This document shows, piece after piece, positions 21,201 through 31,518 of a DNA stretch of 58,239 nt (positions are counted from its first letter, which is position 1; the number at the start of each line of letters is the position of its first letter). The stretch spans positions 1 through 58,239 of the forward strand of contig JANNWY010000136.1 in NCBI GenBank assembly GCA_031409335.1, given 5' to 3'. Below the pieces are notes generated by a model. The model was not told where the DNA came from and did no database searches. It was given only the letters and a program-made list of their open reading frames with translations. Made by a program: the position numbers and the translations under genes. The DNA comes from Chthoniobacteraceae bacterium (GTDB lineage Bacteria; Verrucomicrobiota; Verrucomicrobiia; Chthoniobacterales; Chthoniobacteraceae).

Positions 21201-22278
21201 CGGCACCGCTGCCGGCGCTGCCACTCGTTCCGCCATCGCCAAGTTGCACCCCGCCGGCGCTCACCGTCAGCCCCCCGGAAAAGCTGTTGTTTCCCGAGAG
21301 CTTCAGCGTTCCACTGCCGATCTTCGTCAAGCTGCCTGCGCCATCAAGGTTGCCGCTGAGGGTGACGGTGCGGTTGTTCGCCACGGTATCGAACTGAACA
21401 CCCGTGCCGCCCGAGACGAGGTGCATCTCGAGACTGGAACTCCAATTCGCCGTGGCTTGGACGGTGCCGCCGCCAAGGTTGATGTCGTAACTGCCAAGAC
21501 TGCCGGGGGAGTTGGTCACGATGCCGTTGACGCCGATCTTCAAGACGCCGCCGTTCATTTGCAGGCGGGTCTCGGGCCGTGCGGGAGCGCGGGTCTGCAT
21601 GGTCAGGCCATGAGCGGTGAAGGTGCCGGCGTTCATAATGAGCGTGCCGGCGCTGTCGATGCCGAGGATGAAATTGCCGGCCGCACCTTCATTCAGCGGG
21701 TTGTTGATCGGACCGGTCATCGTCAGAGCCCCGCCATTCATGGTGTAGCTATTCGTCGCCCCGCCAGCCTGCGGCCAGTGGCCGAGGCGGAACTGGCCGG
21801 AGATATTCACAACGCCACCGCTCTGAATCACATGACCGGATGCCCCGTCCCATTCGCCAAGATGGAAGTTCCCCACGTTCACAGTCGTTCCGGCACCGAT
21901 GAAAGCGCGTCCGAAGTTATTGTTGATCGGTCCCACGCTCTGGTGGCCGTTTCCGATATGACCTTCCCCGACGAAGAGCGTGCCTAAGTTGTAGGTGCCC
22001 GCTCCGAATAGGTAGCCGCTCGTCGGATTCACCGCAGTTCCCACCGCCGTGTACAAAAGGCTCGCATCAAGCGCCTCGCCCGTAATGCTGCCAGGTGTGT
22101 GAACATAAATCGTGTCTCCCAAGCCACTCACCGGCACGCCATTCGCATCCCAATTCGCGGGATCGTTCCAAATGCCGTTGCCAGGATTTGCCGTCCAGAT
22201 GCGTTCCACCGCGTTTGTGGTGATGGGAAGAGCTAAAATTCCGGCAATGCCGGCAGCGAGAATGCGTGGTGTTTTCAT
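18211..22278 (-). CDS. Large PEP-CTERM surface protein with multiple autotransporter-associated beta-strand repeats
   Basis: Repeated LTKIGSGTLKLSGNNSFSGGLTV-type motifs; C-terminal AVPEPGALGLLAIGALGFFGRRK. Confidence 0.9.
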   Translation of the reverse strand: MKTPRILAAGIAGILALPITTNAVERIWTANPGNGIWNDPANWDANGVPVSGLGDTIYVHTPGSITGEALDASLLYTAVGTAVNPTSGYLFGAGTYNLGTLFVGEGHIGNGHQSVGPINNNFGRAFIGAGTTVNVGNFHLGEWDGASGHVIQSGGVVNISGQFRLGHWPQAGGATNSYTMNGGALTMTGPINNPLNEGAAGNFILGIDSAGTLIMNAGTFTAHGLTMQTRAPARPETRLQMNGGVLKIGVNGIVTNSPGSLGSYDINLGGGTVQATANWSSSLEMHLVSGGTGVQFDTVANNRTVTLSGNLDGAGSLTKIGSGTLKLSGNNSFSGGLTVSAGGVQLGDGGTSGSAGSGAVVITSPGSLAYNRTDALTVPGAVSGNGSLSVNSGTLRLANVSGSLNPSVSSGATLGASGSLGFVFANGGSTLEAGFGGVGNFTAGTLNLFGATLKVSAGTANTKFIAPTLNVSGTTNTIQVTPVNLTIGTYPLIDYSGSIGGGSVANFLLTGLSSRAIGGLVDNPTNTTIDLTISAIDFPKWNGNVDDLWDGGTPNWVLGIAGGPTSYQNLDAVLFNDDAVGTGMVNLTAAFTPSSALFNNLTKPYTLTGVGKISGDTGVTVQAGAANRVIVANTTANDYTGATLVQTGTLQVGDGASGSLGSDTTVTVATAGKLELNLAPASGYATPTNGTGVVRTIGVNSFTLNAGVLTGTPELNIGGDPAQVIGVNNQSAFDGLTTISSGTLRALGAQALGTAAGNTVITDGGTLDVNALDLGAEQVFISGNGTGGIGAIVNNGGGTVFNLHKVTLTADASVGGTGRWDIRTTGIAGELLNLAGHKLTKVGGNQVSMVNVNVTAGDIDINSGIFSIEDQSQALVGGTITLNSGGSLGLWVNKPGTLTRQIVANGGGIVELGSNGQTTVDAPISLLANMSYTVNGGNTVLVHNGNIVETGGPFFLNKEGPGRLILRGNNAWTGGFNVNAGVLQIGNGDTTGTLGSGVGTVNATLVFARTDSTTLSVPINPGAPAGTLIMVAGGEVTLGAGVDVKVSSLQFGVNGQDNTLGGILNIGPGRSLLVQDSFVVGNTLGGGATALGVITQTGGTVDVNAQNADAPGNADGRNFVLGHWGTGAGIYNLSAGTLNSPNISMAISWDGSGAFNLSGGTATVKGLRFGHNGAQSGIFELTGGTLVLGSEGIWAQNAGLPNDINLGGGTVRAGVTTVITEPTELTGTNGDVTFDTNGNGLVVSGIISGAGGFDKTGAGTLEIVASNTIGSTVDVLGGTVQFDASQTIGGGLNIANGAVVVLGVPPPPAPALFDDGGLAGNGVQAVPEPGALGLLAIGALGFFGRRKARREREES

Positions 22279-22414
22279 GAGGAGATGACGGGTTGGGTTC
22301 TGGGAACTACGGAAAGACTGCGACTAATTGACGGATACTGAAAATTTGATTTCATTTTTCCGCCCGCAAAGCAAGCGAAAACTAGAGTGAAACGGATAAA
22401 TTTGCGGGCGAGAG

Positions 22415-25400
22415 CTATTTCGTTGCGATGACCCGGAAAAAGCACGGCGTGGTGTTAGTGGCAGTCGTGGAACGGAAAGTCACCTGCTCCAGGCCGTTCC
22501 CAAGGCTGGCCGTGCTGAACAGCACTGCGCTCGGATTCCACGCGGAGAGATTCGTCGATTCCTGCACGCTCCACGCCACATCCACCGCCAGGTGTCTGCG
22601 GGTGAAAGTGACCGCCGGATAGTTCGTGCCGCTCACATTCACCGTCGTTGCGAGACTTAACGCACCCGCATCATGGGTGCGCGGGTTTTTCCCAAAGCAA
22701 TACTCCACGAAGTTCTTCATCCCATCGCCCTCGGCGTCATCCGCCACATTCACCAGCGCACCCAGCGTGCTCACTTCACTGAACGTCCAATGGTTGAAGC
22801 GCCAACCTTCATACCCATTCGCGAAATCCGCATCCGCCGCGCCCGGCGTCCCGCCTGGAACCGCGCTCAGCGCCCACACGGTCGGAAGCGGCACGGAAGG
22901 CGTCCCATAGTCCGCCCAGCCTGGCGCACCACTGCGGGTCACCAGTGAGTAACCCAACCCATCGCTCTGCGGATACCACGAAGCCTCGTAGTGAAACTCC
23001 AGCACTTCCTCCCCGCGGGAATCGAGCAACTGCAAGGTATCACCACCATTGTTCAAGTTGCCCAGATACTGCCCGCCAATCGCGATGCCCGCTCCGTAGC
23101 GATACTGAAAGGCTGCCGCATTGCTCACCAAAAGCACACGCGCCCCCGCCGCAAGCGACGCACCCAGCGGAAACGCAAACTCCACGCCTTTCACAAACCG
23201 CGCACCGCTGAGCGCAAGCGCGGTCCCACCGATATTGGCTAGTTCGATGTATTCAAAGTCGGACGCACTGACTCCCGGAATCGCCGTCGCTTCCGCAAGG
23301 GTAGGCGGCGCAGGGGCATAGTTGAGTTCTGTTACCCGGAGTTGATTCTGTGCCGCTGTTGGCGCAGCCGTGGTGGGTTGGGATACATACAAAGAGTTAT
23401 CCGGCTTGCGCAATTCGATGACTTCTCCCCGCGCCGAGATCGAGCCGCTGTAAGCCCCGACGACCAGCCGATACTGCCCGCCCGTCGCCCCGGAAGTCCG
23501 CACCCGAAATGCGGCAGGCGACTTGGTCACATGCAGCAAACCGATATTCTCAGCGCCAGTGAACGCCGGGATGATGCAACCGCCGGGGAACGTGAAATTC
23601 ACCGCTCCCGTGATGTGCCAGCCAGACAAGTCCACGGAGTTGCCGCTGTTGTTTCGGATAACAAAAAACTCCTCGTTTTGATTCGAGGAAGTAGGGTTGT
23701 AGTCGATCTGCTGGATCAGCAGCGCAGGGCTGTTTGGCTGCGTCGCAGGAACGCCGAGGCCATTGCTGGTCGGCCCGGAGTTAAACAGGAAAGAGCGACG
23801 ACCAGGCAGGAAGGCAAACGTGGTATTGCCCAACTCAGGATTGCCAGCGTTGCTCGTATTCGGCGGCGTGGGGTTCGCGTTCAATATCCGCAATCCCTGC
23901 TTGCGAGACCCATGGTCGTGCAGCGCCGCGTCGAGGGTTCCGGTGAATCGCTGCGTGGCATCGCCATCCACCCAATAGCCCCATTTCTGCAACTCGCGAT
24001 CCCCATCGGTCAGATACGCCGCGCCGGGCGGATCAACGATGTCGATTAGTTGGGAAACCCGCACGTCCCAAGGTCCATTCGTGGCGGAAGCCGAGACCAG
24101 CATCTGATTCATCAAAGTCCGCATCCGCCGGACAAACATCGCGTTTAGGTCAGGCGCTGCATAAACAAGGCTCATCAGGTAGTTACCTCCGCCGCCCACC
24201 GGCAACCCCCCCTGACTATGAATCTCATCGTCGAAGTAGTTCTGCGATTCAATCCAGGTATGCCCAAAGCTCAGGTCTTGATCCCAAGGAATCGTGTACC
24301 ATTCCTTAGTCCCGAGGGTATCCCGATAGACGTAGTAGTTCTTGTGCCCCCAGTCCGTATTCAGAATCATGGTATGTGCCGCCACAAAGTTGATCAGCGC
24401 AGGTACATTCACGTTGTCGTAAACATGCTGGCGTCGCTGTGCCAAAGTGCGCGTGTTCGGATCCACTCCGTCGATCAGCGCCTGCAAGTCCGAGTTATCC
24501 TCAAACTCCCGCGTCTTCTTTTCCGCTCCCGGAGCCACACTCGACTCCAGTGAGTTATACATCTTGTAGAGCGCACCCTCCCCATCCAATCCACTCCGCG
24601 CAATGAACTCCTCGTTGCCATCCTCCACCATGTCGTAGATTCCGTAAAAGTCGCTCGTCGGTGAGCCAGCCGTGGCTTGGCGGACGTGGAGCATGTTTGA
24701 AAAGTGGGAGGCTGCGTGCTGCATGTCGGCCCATGCCGAGTAGGCCAGCGTATTGCGCAGCTTCGATTTGTCGGCGTAGTTCGAGAGTAAGTTCACGCTC
24801 CGAATGTCCGCCTGCCCCAGCGCCCACTTGAAACGATTTCCCCGGTTGAAGTTCAGGTTGTAACTCTTCTTGGGAAAGCCCTGGGTCGATTGGCCGTGGA
24901 TGTTCACGAAGACATAGTCGTAGAACCGATCCAGATAAAAGACGCTGCACCGCGTTCCCGTCGTGCCAGCTGCCGCATTCGCGTCTTCCACAAACCAATG
25001 CAGCACCGGCAACTGGGTGGTATAGCCGCTTTCCAATGACACCGTTCCAAAGTATTGGTCGGTATCCGCGCCAGTGACGCCATCGAGGTCGAGGAAGAGT
25101 GGATCGGTCGATTGATTGTTCAGCGTATCGGCCGCCACCACGCGCCAGCGCAGCATGGCTCCGGGTGCGAGCCCAGTCGTGGGGATGGCTGCGGTATAGG
25201 CTCCGAGCAATCCCGCCGTCATCGGGACGAAAGTCTCCGCACCCCAACCCACGCGATACGCGAGTTGCACGCTGCTGATCGGGTTCAGCGTCGGCACGAC
25301 TTTCGTCGCGATGGTGACTGGCACACTCCCCGCGCCACCCACCGGGCGCACCGGGTTCTTCGTCGTATTTGAAATATGTGGCCCGAGCGCGGAATAAGCC

Positions 25401-27187
25401 GCGCTATTCAACGCGCCAGCGGTCGGCGTGATCAGATAACTCGCAGCCCCGGCAGTCGTGGAGAGCCCGTCTAGCTGCGGACGCATGAGCGTGTTTGGCT
25501 CCGCCGTGGAGTTGTTTAGGATTTGCAACGCAAGGATATTTGTCCCTGGCTGAATCGCGCTGGCCGGGATGGTCAGGGAGGTTACCCGCGTGCGCCCAGG
25601 ATCGTGCGTGTTCGTTGCGGCGCTGTTCCAGAGCGGTGTCACCGGCGCGTTGTGGGATGCGATCAGCGACCCATTGACCCACGCCGCATAGCCATCGCAA
25701 AAACGCCCGGTGAACTGCGCGGAATTCAGCGCCGCAGGGTTCGCCACGGAGAATGGGACGCGCACGAAAGCCGATGGGTTGGTGGAGACCATGCCTGCCA
25801 ATGTCGTCGTGAAGTCCGCTGCACTCACGCCCGTCGTGGAGCCAGTCAGCGTGTCCGCGGAGTTGGCGATCTGCTGGATTTCCGTCGCGGTTAGGATGCG
25901 ATTGTAGAAGCGCGTGTCATCCATCAGCCCGGTGTAGCGTTTCCAAAAGCCATCGTGCGAACGCCCAAGCTCGATGGGCTGCGCTGCCGTCCATCCCCAC
26001 GCCTGGCTGTTGTTAGCGGTGGCGGCAAACACGCCGTCGATATAGATGGTCACGGCCTGTCCCGCGCCTTGGTTCATGGTCACGGCGATGTGATGCCACA
26101 GGTTGTCACTTACATTGATCGGCGCACCGAACGAGCAGTAGTCGCTGTTCGACTGGAGGTAGAGTTTTCCATCGTCCAACTGCACAAAGACAATTCCCGC
26201 ATTCACATAGTCCGGTCGCCGATCCCATAGCATCGCACCGGCGTTACCCGCTCCAGACGGCGGATTGGCACGCATCCAAAAAGAAACCGTCGAAGCAGCT
26301 ACGTTGTAGGCAGCATTCGCAGGGATGCTGACCTGATCATTCTCCACCCCGACAAACTGCATCACGCCCACGCGCCTCAGCGGCGCATTCGCCGCGTCCG
26401 TGCTCGATGCGAGAAAGGCGGTGCCACTATTGGTCCCGTTGCGCCCGAGCCCGGAGCTATCCAGCCCGACACTGCTCGTGGTCGAGTTATAGCGATGCTG
26501 AAGGTTCGACGAAGCCACCACCGTTGGCACGCCCGCCGTGCCTAGCGCCGCGACACCATTCGACCACGCGCTGTCGGTAAATGGCTCATTGCCTCCCCGC
26601 CAAGTCGTCCCGGTCGTCGCATTTGGCACCAGCCATTTCACTGGCGAAGTCGCCGTCACGAGATTCGTCACGGTCGTCGTCTGGACCGTCCCGTAAGACA
26701 CATCCGCTGCCTGGGGTGGGTATGGGTTCCACGATTGCACTGCGGTCGTCCCGCCGCCCGCTTCCGCCTTGGTCAGCGCGAGATATTCACCCCCGGCATC
26801 CAGCTTGAAATTCGTGTGTAAATTCGCCGCCGGATTCCTGCGATCCTTGTTTGACGCAAAGACGACGAGGTATTGCCCCGGCAGCAGTGCCTTGTCTGGG
26901 AAGGCCCATTTGCGGAGCTGCCCCGCGTTGTCGCTGAGATACCATCCGAGCAGGCTCGCCGAGCTGGGACCGGCATTGTAAATCTCGATCCAGTCCTCAT
27001 GGTTGCCGTCTTCATCAAGGATATCCTCGATGTTGTTAGCCATGAATTCGGAGATCACGAACTGGCCGCGCGCAGTCACGGGAAGGACGGCGAGCGCGAT
27101 CAGCAGGACGAAGATGCGGGGAAAAATCACCTGAACTGCTAAGCCGAAACATCCCGGCGGGCAACGAGTTCGCCATGAAATCGTCAC
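22415..27187 (-). CDS. Lamin-tail / LamG / CotH-kinase multidomain exported protein (true start may be near 27130)
   Basis: ISEFMANN...DWIEIYN (LTD), WHHIAVT...MDDTRFYNR (LamG), FPKKSY...DWGHKNYY...PWDQDLSFG (CotH), further LTDs (VTELNY...FEYIELAN). Confidence 0.85.
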   Translation of the reverse strand: MTISWRTRCPPGCFGLAVQVIFPRIFVLLIALAVLPVTARGQFVISEFMANNIEDILDEDGNHEDWIEIYNAGPSSASLLGWYLSDNAGQLRKWAFPDKALLPGQYLVVFASNKDRRNPAANLHTNFKLDAGGEYLALTKAEAGGGTTAVQSWNPYPPQAADVSYGTVQTTTVTNLVTATSPVKWLVPNATTGTTWRGGNEPFTDSAWSNGVAALGTAGVPTVVASSNLQHRYNSTTSSVGLDSSGLGRNGTNSGTAFLASSTDAANAPLRRVGVMQFVGVENDQVSIPANAAYNVAASTVSFWMRANPPSGAGNAGAMLWDRRPDYVNAGIVFVQLDDGKLYLQSNSDYCSFGAPINVSDNLWHHIAVTMNQGAGQAVTIYIDGVFAATANNSQAWGWTAAQPIELGRSHDGFWKRYTGLMDDTRFYNRILTATEIQQIANSADTLTGSTTGVSAADFTTTLAGMVSTNPSAFVRVPFSVANPAALNSAQFTGRFCDGYAAWVNGSLIASHNAPVTPLWNSAATNTHDPGRTRVTSLTIPASAIQPGTNILALQILNNSTAEPNTLMRPQLDGLSTTAGAASYLITPTAGALNSAAYSALGPHISNTTKNPVRPVGGAGSVPVTIATKVVPTLNPISSVQLAYRVGWGAETFVPMTAGLLGAYTAAIPTTGLAPGAMLRWRVVAADTLNNQSTDPLFLDLDGVTGADTDQYFGTVSLESGYTTQLPVLHWFVEDANAAAGTTGTRCSVFYLDRFYDYVFVNIHGQSTQGFPKKSYNLNFNRGNRFKWALGQADIRSVNLLSNYADKSKLRNTLAYSAWADMQHAASHFSNMLHVRQATAGSPTSDFYGIYDMVEDGNEEFIARSGLDGEGALYKMYNSLESSVAPGAEKKTREFEDNSDLQALIDGVDPNTRTLAQRRQHVYDNVNVPALINFVAAHTMILNTDWGHKNYYVYRDTLGTKEWYTIPWDQDLSFGHTWIESQNYFDDEIHSQGGLPVGGGGNYLMSLVYAAPDLNAMFVRRMRTLMNQMLVSASATNGPWDVRVSQLIDIVDPPGAAYLTDGDRELQKWGYWVDGDATQRFTGTLDAALHDHGSRKQGLRILNANPTPPNTSNAGNPELGNTTFAFLPGRRSFLFNSGPTSNGLGVPATQPNSPALLIQQIDYNPTSSNQNEEFFVIRNNSGNSVDLSGWHITGAVNFTFPGGCIIPAFTGAENIGLLHVTKSPAAFRVRTSGATGGQYRLVVGAYSGSISARGEVIELRKPDNSLYVSQPTTAAPTAAQNQLRVTELNYAPAPPTLAEATAIPGVSASDFEYIELANIGGTALALSGARFVKGVEFAFPLGASLAAGARVLLVSNAAAFQYRYGAGIAIGGQYLGNLNNGGDTLQLLDSRGEEVLEFHYEASWYPQSDGLGYSLVTRSGAPGWADYGTPSVPLPTVWALSAVPGGTPGAADADFANGYEGWRFNHWTFSEVSTLGALVNVADDAEGDGMKNFVEYCFGKNPRTHDAGALSLATTVNVSGTNYPAVTFTRRHLAVDVAWSVQESTNLSAWNPSAVLFSTASLGNGLEQVTFRSTTATNTTPCFFRVIATK

Positions 27188-27227
27188 CGAGCTTGCGGAA
27201 TCCCGATCCGGCGGATTCTATTTTCTG

Positions 27228-28727
27228 ATGATTCGAAATGTCGTCGTCCTCGGCGGTGGAAGCGCCGGTCTGCTGGCCGCGCTTTCGCTAAAAATCCGCG
27301 TGCCGCAGCTTTCCGTCCGCATCGTTCTCAGCCGCGAAATCGGCATCATCGGCGTGGGAGAAGGGAGCACGGGCGATCTGCCGAATCACCTCCACGGCTT
27401 CCTCGGCATCGATCCCGGCGATTTTTACAAACGGGCGAGACCCACCCCGAAACTCGGCGTCCATTTCCTGTGGGGAGCGCGCGCTTCGTTCGACTACACC
27501 TTTTCAAAAACCTACGTGGGCGCGGCGAACGGGCTGCCGCATTTGCTGGGATACTATGCGTGGGAAAACTGCGACGCGCTCGATCTCAACTCCGCGCTCA
27601 TGCATGAGCGGAAGGCCTTTGCCCGCCTGCAAAATGGCGCGCCGCTCCTGCAGCGAAACATCGCCTACCATCTCGAAAACGCGGACTTCGTCGCCGCGCT
27701 GGAATACTACGCCATCGCGCAAGGCATCACTTTTACCGAAGGCAAAATGCTATCCGTCGAGCGCGGGCCGGAGGGTGTTGCGGCGATCGTCCTGGAATCC
27801 GGCGAACGCGTGTCCGCGGACCTATTCATCGACGCCTCCGGCTTCCGCTCCGAGCTGCTCGGCGGAGCGATGGAGGAGCCGTTCGAGAGTTTCGACGACA
27901 CGCTCTTCTGCGACCGCGCCATCGCCGGCGGATGGGAGCGCACCGACGAACCCATCCTCCCCTATACGACCGCGGAAACGATAGACGCGGGCTGGGCATG
28001 GCAGATCGAACACGAGCGTCACATCAATCGCGGCTACGTTTTCAGCTCCGCGTTTCTTTCAAACGATGAAGCCGAGGCGGAGTTCCGGCGCACGAATCCG
28101 AAGGTGCAAAAAACGCGCGTCGTGAAGTGGCGCAGCGGGAGGCACGCGCGGACATGGGTCGGGAATGTCGTTGCGCTCGGAAACAGCGCCGGTTTCGTCG
28201 AGCCGCTGGAAGCCACGGCCATCTTCGTCATCTGCAACGCCGCCCGCGCACTCGCCGTCGCGCTCAACGATTCCGAACGCGACCCGCAGCCGACCGGGCG
28301 CGACGCGTTCAACAAAATCGTGACGCGCATGTGGGATGAAATCCGCGATTTCCTCGCCATCCACTACCGCTACAACACACGGCTCGACACGCCCTTCTGG
28401 CGGCACTGCCGCGAGGCCACCGCGCTCCACGGCGCGGAGCGCATCGTGCGCTACTACGAGGAAAACGGCCCAAGCACAGCCTTCGCCTGCGAGCTGCTCA
28501 CGCCCGAGACGAGCATCTTTCATCTGGAAGGCTTCTACGCGCTCCTGCTCGGCCAGAAAGTCCCGCATCGCCGTGTGCGTCCGCCGACGGCAGCGGAGCA
28601 GGCGATCGTGGACAACGTGCGTGACACGCATCTCCACCACGCACGCCACGGCTTCGGCGTCGTCGAAAGTCTCGCGCTTCTCCGCGGCCCGCACTGGACA
28701 TGGACACCCGGCTTTTACCAGTCCTAA
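27228..28727 (+). CDS. Tryptophan-halogenase family flavin-dependent halogenase
   Basis: GGGSAG, IGVGEGS, TPKLG (catalytic Lys region), FIDASGF, GWAWQI, GFVEPLEATAI. Confidence 0.88.
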   Translation: MIRNVVVLGGGSAGLLAALSLKIRVPQLSVRIVLSREIGIIGVGEGSTGDLPNHLHGFLGIDPGDFYKRARPTPKLGVHFLWGARASFDYTFSKTYVGAANGLPHLLGYYAWENCDALDLNSALMHERKAFARLQNGAPLLQRNIAYHLENADFVAALEYYAIAQGITFTEGKMLSVERGPEGVAAIVLESGERVSADLFIDASGFRSELLGGAMEEPFESFDDTLFCDRAIAGGWERTDEPILPYTTAETIDAGWAWQIEHERHINRGYVFSSAFLSNDEAEAEFRRTNPKVQKTRVVKWRSGRHARTWVGNVVALGNSAGFVEPLEATAIFVICNAARALAVALNDSERDPQPTGRDAFNKIVTRMWDEIRDFLAIHYRYNTRLDTPFWRHCREATALHGAERIVRYYEENGPSTAFACELLTPETSIFHLEGFYALLLGQKVPHRRVRPPTAAEQAIVDNVRDTHLHHARHGFGVVESLALLRGPHWTWTPGFYQS

Positions 28728-29581
28728 AGCGCGTGCTGCGGCCGCTGAAACGCGCGCCACGCAGCCATCGTTTCTTTCAAAACCAATGTTTGGTCTTCCT
28801 TGATTCCGTAACCTTGGAAGCCAATCGGGCCGTGGTATCCGATCGTTCGCAGCGTTTTCACGAAGGCACCCACATCGTAGCTCCCCTGGCCGAGCGGACG
28901 GATGAGCCGCTCCCAACCCATCGCTTTGGTATCGCCCGCGTCCGCGCCATTGATGGTCACAAACACAAGCCTCGGCAGCGCCGCGCGCAGCACCGAAGCC
29001 GGATCGCGCTCGGAGCCTTCGACTTTTAGCCAGTGGCATAGATTGAACGTCACCCCCACGCTGCCGCGATTCATTTTGTCGGCCAGCCGGGTCGCATCTT
29101 CCACGCGCTCTAGCCACGATCCGGTGTGCGGGTAGAGCGCGATTTTCACGCCACGCGGTTCGGCGTAGTCGGCGATTTCGCGCAGCTTCGCGAGGACGAC
29201 TTCATCGCCATCTGCGGAAGAATTCGCGACCGCCCCCGCCGCCGTTTCCACCCGTGAAATCGCCATCCACAGCGCCGAGTCGTGGCCTCGCATCGCGTCG
29301 ATCTTCTGCTTCAGCGCGTCATCCAGCGCCGGACGCGTGCTGGCGAAATTCAGCGTGAGATACCCATTGAAATAACGCAGCCCGGCTGCGCGGAGTGCGT
29401 CCGCCATCTTCGCATCGCCGGGCGCGCCGCCGAGGCCCGCGTAACCGAGTTCTTTTAGCAAAGGAACGACCTTCTCCGGCCCGCCACGGGCGATCGTGTC
29501 CATCGCGAAAAACGGATTCGTTTCCCCGGCAAACGCGACACCCGCCAGAAGGCCAGGAAGTAGCCGCGCGAGGAATCTCAT
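28724..29581 (-). CDS. Exported sugar-phosphate isomerase/epimerase (xylose isomerase-like TIM barrel)
   Basis: IALYPH, VGVTFNLCHWL, VTINGAD, IRPLGQGSYD motifs; signal peptide. Confidence 0.75.
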   Translation of the reverse strand: MRFLARLLPGLLAGVAFAGETNPFFAMDTIARGGPEKVVPLLKELGYAGLGGAPGDAKMADALRAAGLRYFNGYLTLNFASTRPALDDALKQKIDAMRGHDSALWMAISRVETAAGAVANSSADGDEVVLAKLREIADYAEPRGVKIALYPHTGSWLERVEDATRLADKMNRGSVGVTFNLCHWLKVEGSERDPASVLRAALPRLVFVTINGADAGDTKAMGWERLIRPLGQGSYDVGAFVKTLRTIGYHGPIGFQGYGIKEDQTLVLKETMAAWRAFQRPQHAL

Positions 29582-29607
29582 GAGAGCGAGCGGCAACCGG
29601 GGCGGCT

Positions 29608-30210
29608 TCAGTCGCCCAGCTCGACATTCCAGTATGCGAAGTCGAGGAAGTGCCGCCAGCTATCGTGCAGTTTACTGTCGAAGGTGATGTGGACGAAAGG
29701 ACGCCACTTCGGACGCACGGGCTTTTTGATGAGCTGCATGCCGACCTGATGCGCGAGCCGGTTTCCCTTCCGCGTGTTACAGGTTATGCACGAGCAGACG
29801 ATGTTTTCCCACGTCGTCGCGCCGCCTTTGTCGCGCGGGATCACGTGATCGAGATTCAGGTCGCGCTTGTCGAAAACGCTGCCGCAATACTGGCACATGT
29901 TCTTGTCGCGCTCGAAGATGTTGTGCCGCGTGAATTTCACCTCTTTCCGCGGCATCCGATCGAACAGCAGCAGCACGATGACGCGCGGGACGCGAATCTT
30001 GAACGAGATGGTGTTGACCATTTCCTCCTCCGGCTCGCCGGTGGAAAAATCGCGCCAGCTCGCGAAGTCGTGCGTGAGAAAATTGTTCTGCCCGTCCGCG
30101 TGGACGACTTGGGCATGGCCCTGGCACAAGAGGGTAAAAGCCCGGCGCACTGTGCAGACATTGATTGCCTGCCAGAGTCGGTTCAGAACGAGAACTTGAC
30201 GATCGAGCAT
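29608..30210 (-). CDS. HNH endonuclease (McrA-like)
   Basis: VLVLN..., FTRHNIFERD..CQYCG...LNLDHVIPRDKGG...WENIVCSC..CN..K. Confidence 0.9.
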   Translation of the reverse strand: MLDRQVLVLNRLWQAINVCTVRRAFTLLCQGHAQVVHADGQNNFLTHDFASWRDFSTGEPEEEMVNTISFKIRVPRVIVLLLFDRMPRKEVKFTRHNIFERDKNMCQYCGSVFDKRDLNLDHVIPRDKGGATTWENIVCSCITCNTRKGNRLAHQVGMQLIKKPVRPKWRPFVHITFDSKLHDSWRHFLDFAYWNVELGD

Positions 30211-30346
30211 AAAAAATGTGGGCGCTCGTGCCCGGAAAGTGCGCGGAAGCTAGCACCCGACCTGTGCAGCGTCAATTGATGCGCGGGCGATCACAAAATC
30301 CTTTGCTGGCCCGATTTGGCGTTGGCGGGTAGCGTTGTACAACTGC

Positions 30347-31489
30347 ATGAAAAACTCGTTCATTCCACCGCTCATCGTGGCACTTCTGGGCTGCGCACTC
30401 CCCACCGGAGCGCAGGACAAACTGGCTGAAAAACCCGCGGCATCCGCGGAAGCGAAGCCAGCCGTGAATGACGCCGTCGATTTTTCCAAATTCAAAAACG
30501 CGGATGAATTTTGGGATTACATCGTGAAGGTCGGCGCGGAAAAACCGCCGGGCGCGAAATCGCAGGAAGAGTTCATCCAGATTTTGGAATCATGGCTGAC
30601 GCGGCAGCAGACAGGGGCGGAAGCATTCATCAAAAAATACCCGGAAGAACCGCGCCGCTGGGATGCAAAAATCGTGATGCTCATGGCCGCGAATCAGCTC
30701 CAGCGAGTCGGCGGAAAGGCACTCGATCCCGTGGCGAGCCTGAAGGAAATCGAGGCCGTCCTCGCCGCGCCGGAGGCCACTCCCGAAACGAAAATGGAGG
30801 CCGCATTTCTCCACGTGCAAATGCTCGGCCAGAGCGCCGATGCCGCCAAACCCGAGACGCTCGCGAAGCTGGAAAAAGGAGTCGCGGCATTCCTGGCCGC
30901 GTACCCGGAAAGCAAGCGTGCGCCGGAGATCGCCGAGATGCAGATGCAATTGATCCAGATGGACGTGGTGCCCGATCCCGACGCGGCTTTGAAACGACTC
31001 GCCGCTTTCAAGAATGAAGAAATCGCCGGATCGGCGAAGCGCATGATCGAGCAGAAGGAGAAAATGGCGGCGCTGAAGAAGAAGCCGATGGATCTGAAAT
31101 TCACGGCGACCGACGGGAAGGAATTCGATCTCGCGAAGCTGCGTGGGAAAGTGGTGCTCGTGGATTTCTGGGCGAGCTGGTGCGGGCCGTGCATTTCCGA
31201 AATGCCGAACGTGGTGGCGACCTACAAGAAACTGCACGCCAAGGGATTTGAGATCGTCGGAATTTCCCTGGACGAGGATAAGGCGGCGATGGAAGGCGCG
31301 CTCAAAAAGCATGAGATGACGTGGACGCAATACTTCGACGGCAAAGGCTGGCAGAACAAGATCAGCAGCGAGTTCGGCATCGACTCGATCCCCGCAGTCT
31401 GGCTGCTCGACAAGAAAGGCCTGCTGCGCGAAACCGGGCTGCGCGGCGATGAGCTGCCAAAGGAAGTGGAAAAGCTGCTCGCGGAGTAG
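30347..31489 (+). CDS. TlpA-family thiol:disulfide oxidoreductase
   Basis: Signal peptide; GKVVLVDFWASWCGPC; FEIVGISLD. Confidence 0.9.
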   Translation: MKNSFIPPLIVALLGCALPTGAQDKLAEKPAASAEAKPAVNDAVDFSKFKNADEFWDYIVKVGAEKPPGAKSQEEFIQILESWLTRQQTGAEAFIKKYPEEPRRWDAKIVMLMAANQLQRVGGKALDPVASLKEIEAVLAAPEATPETKMEAAFLHVQMLGQSADAAKPETLAKLEKGVAAFLAAYPESKRAPEIAEMQMQLIQMDVVPDPDAALKRLAAFKNEEIAGSAKRMIEQKEKMAALKKKPMDLKFTATDGKEFDLAKLRGKVVLVDFWASWCGPCISEMPNVVATYKKLHAKGFEIVGISLDEDKAAMEGALKKHEMTWTQYFDGKGWQNKISSEFGIDSIPAVWLLDKKGLLRETGLRGDELPKEVEKLLAE

Positions 31490-31518
31490 CGCGCGCTGGC
31501 GCACACCCAGCCCGAAAA

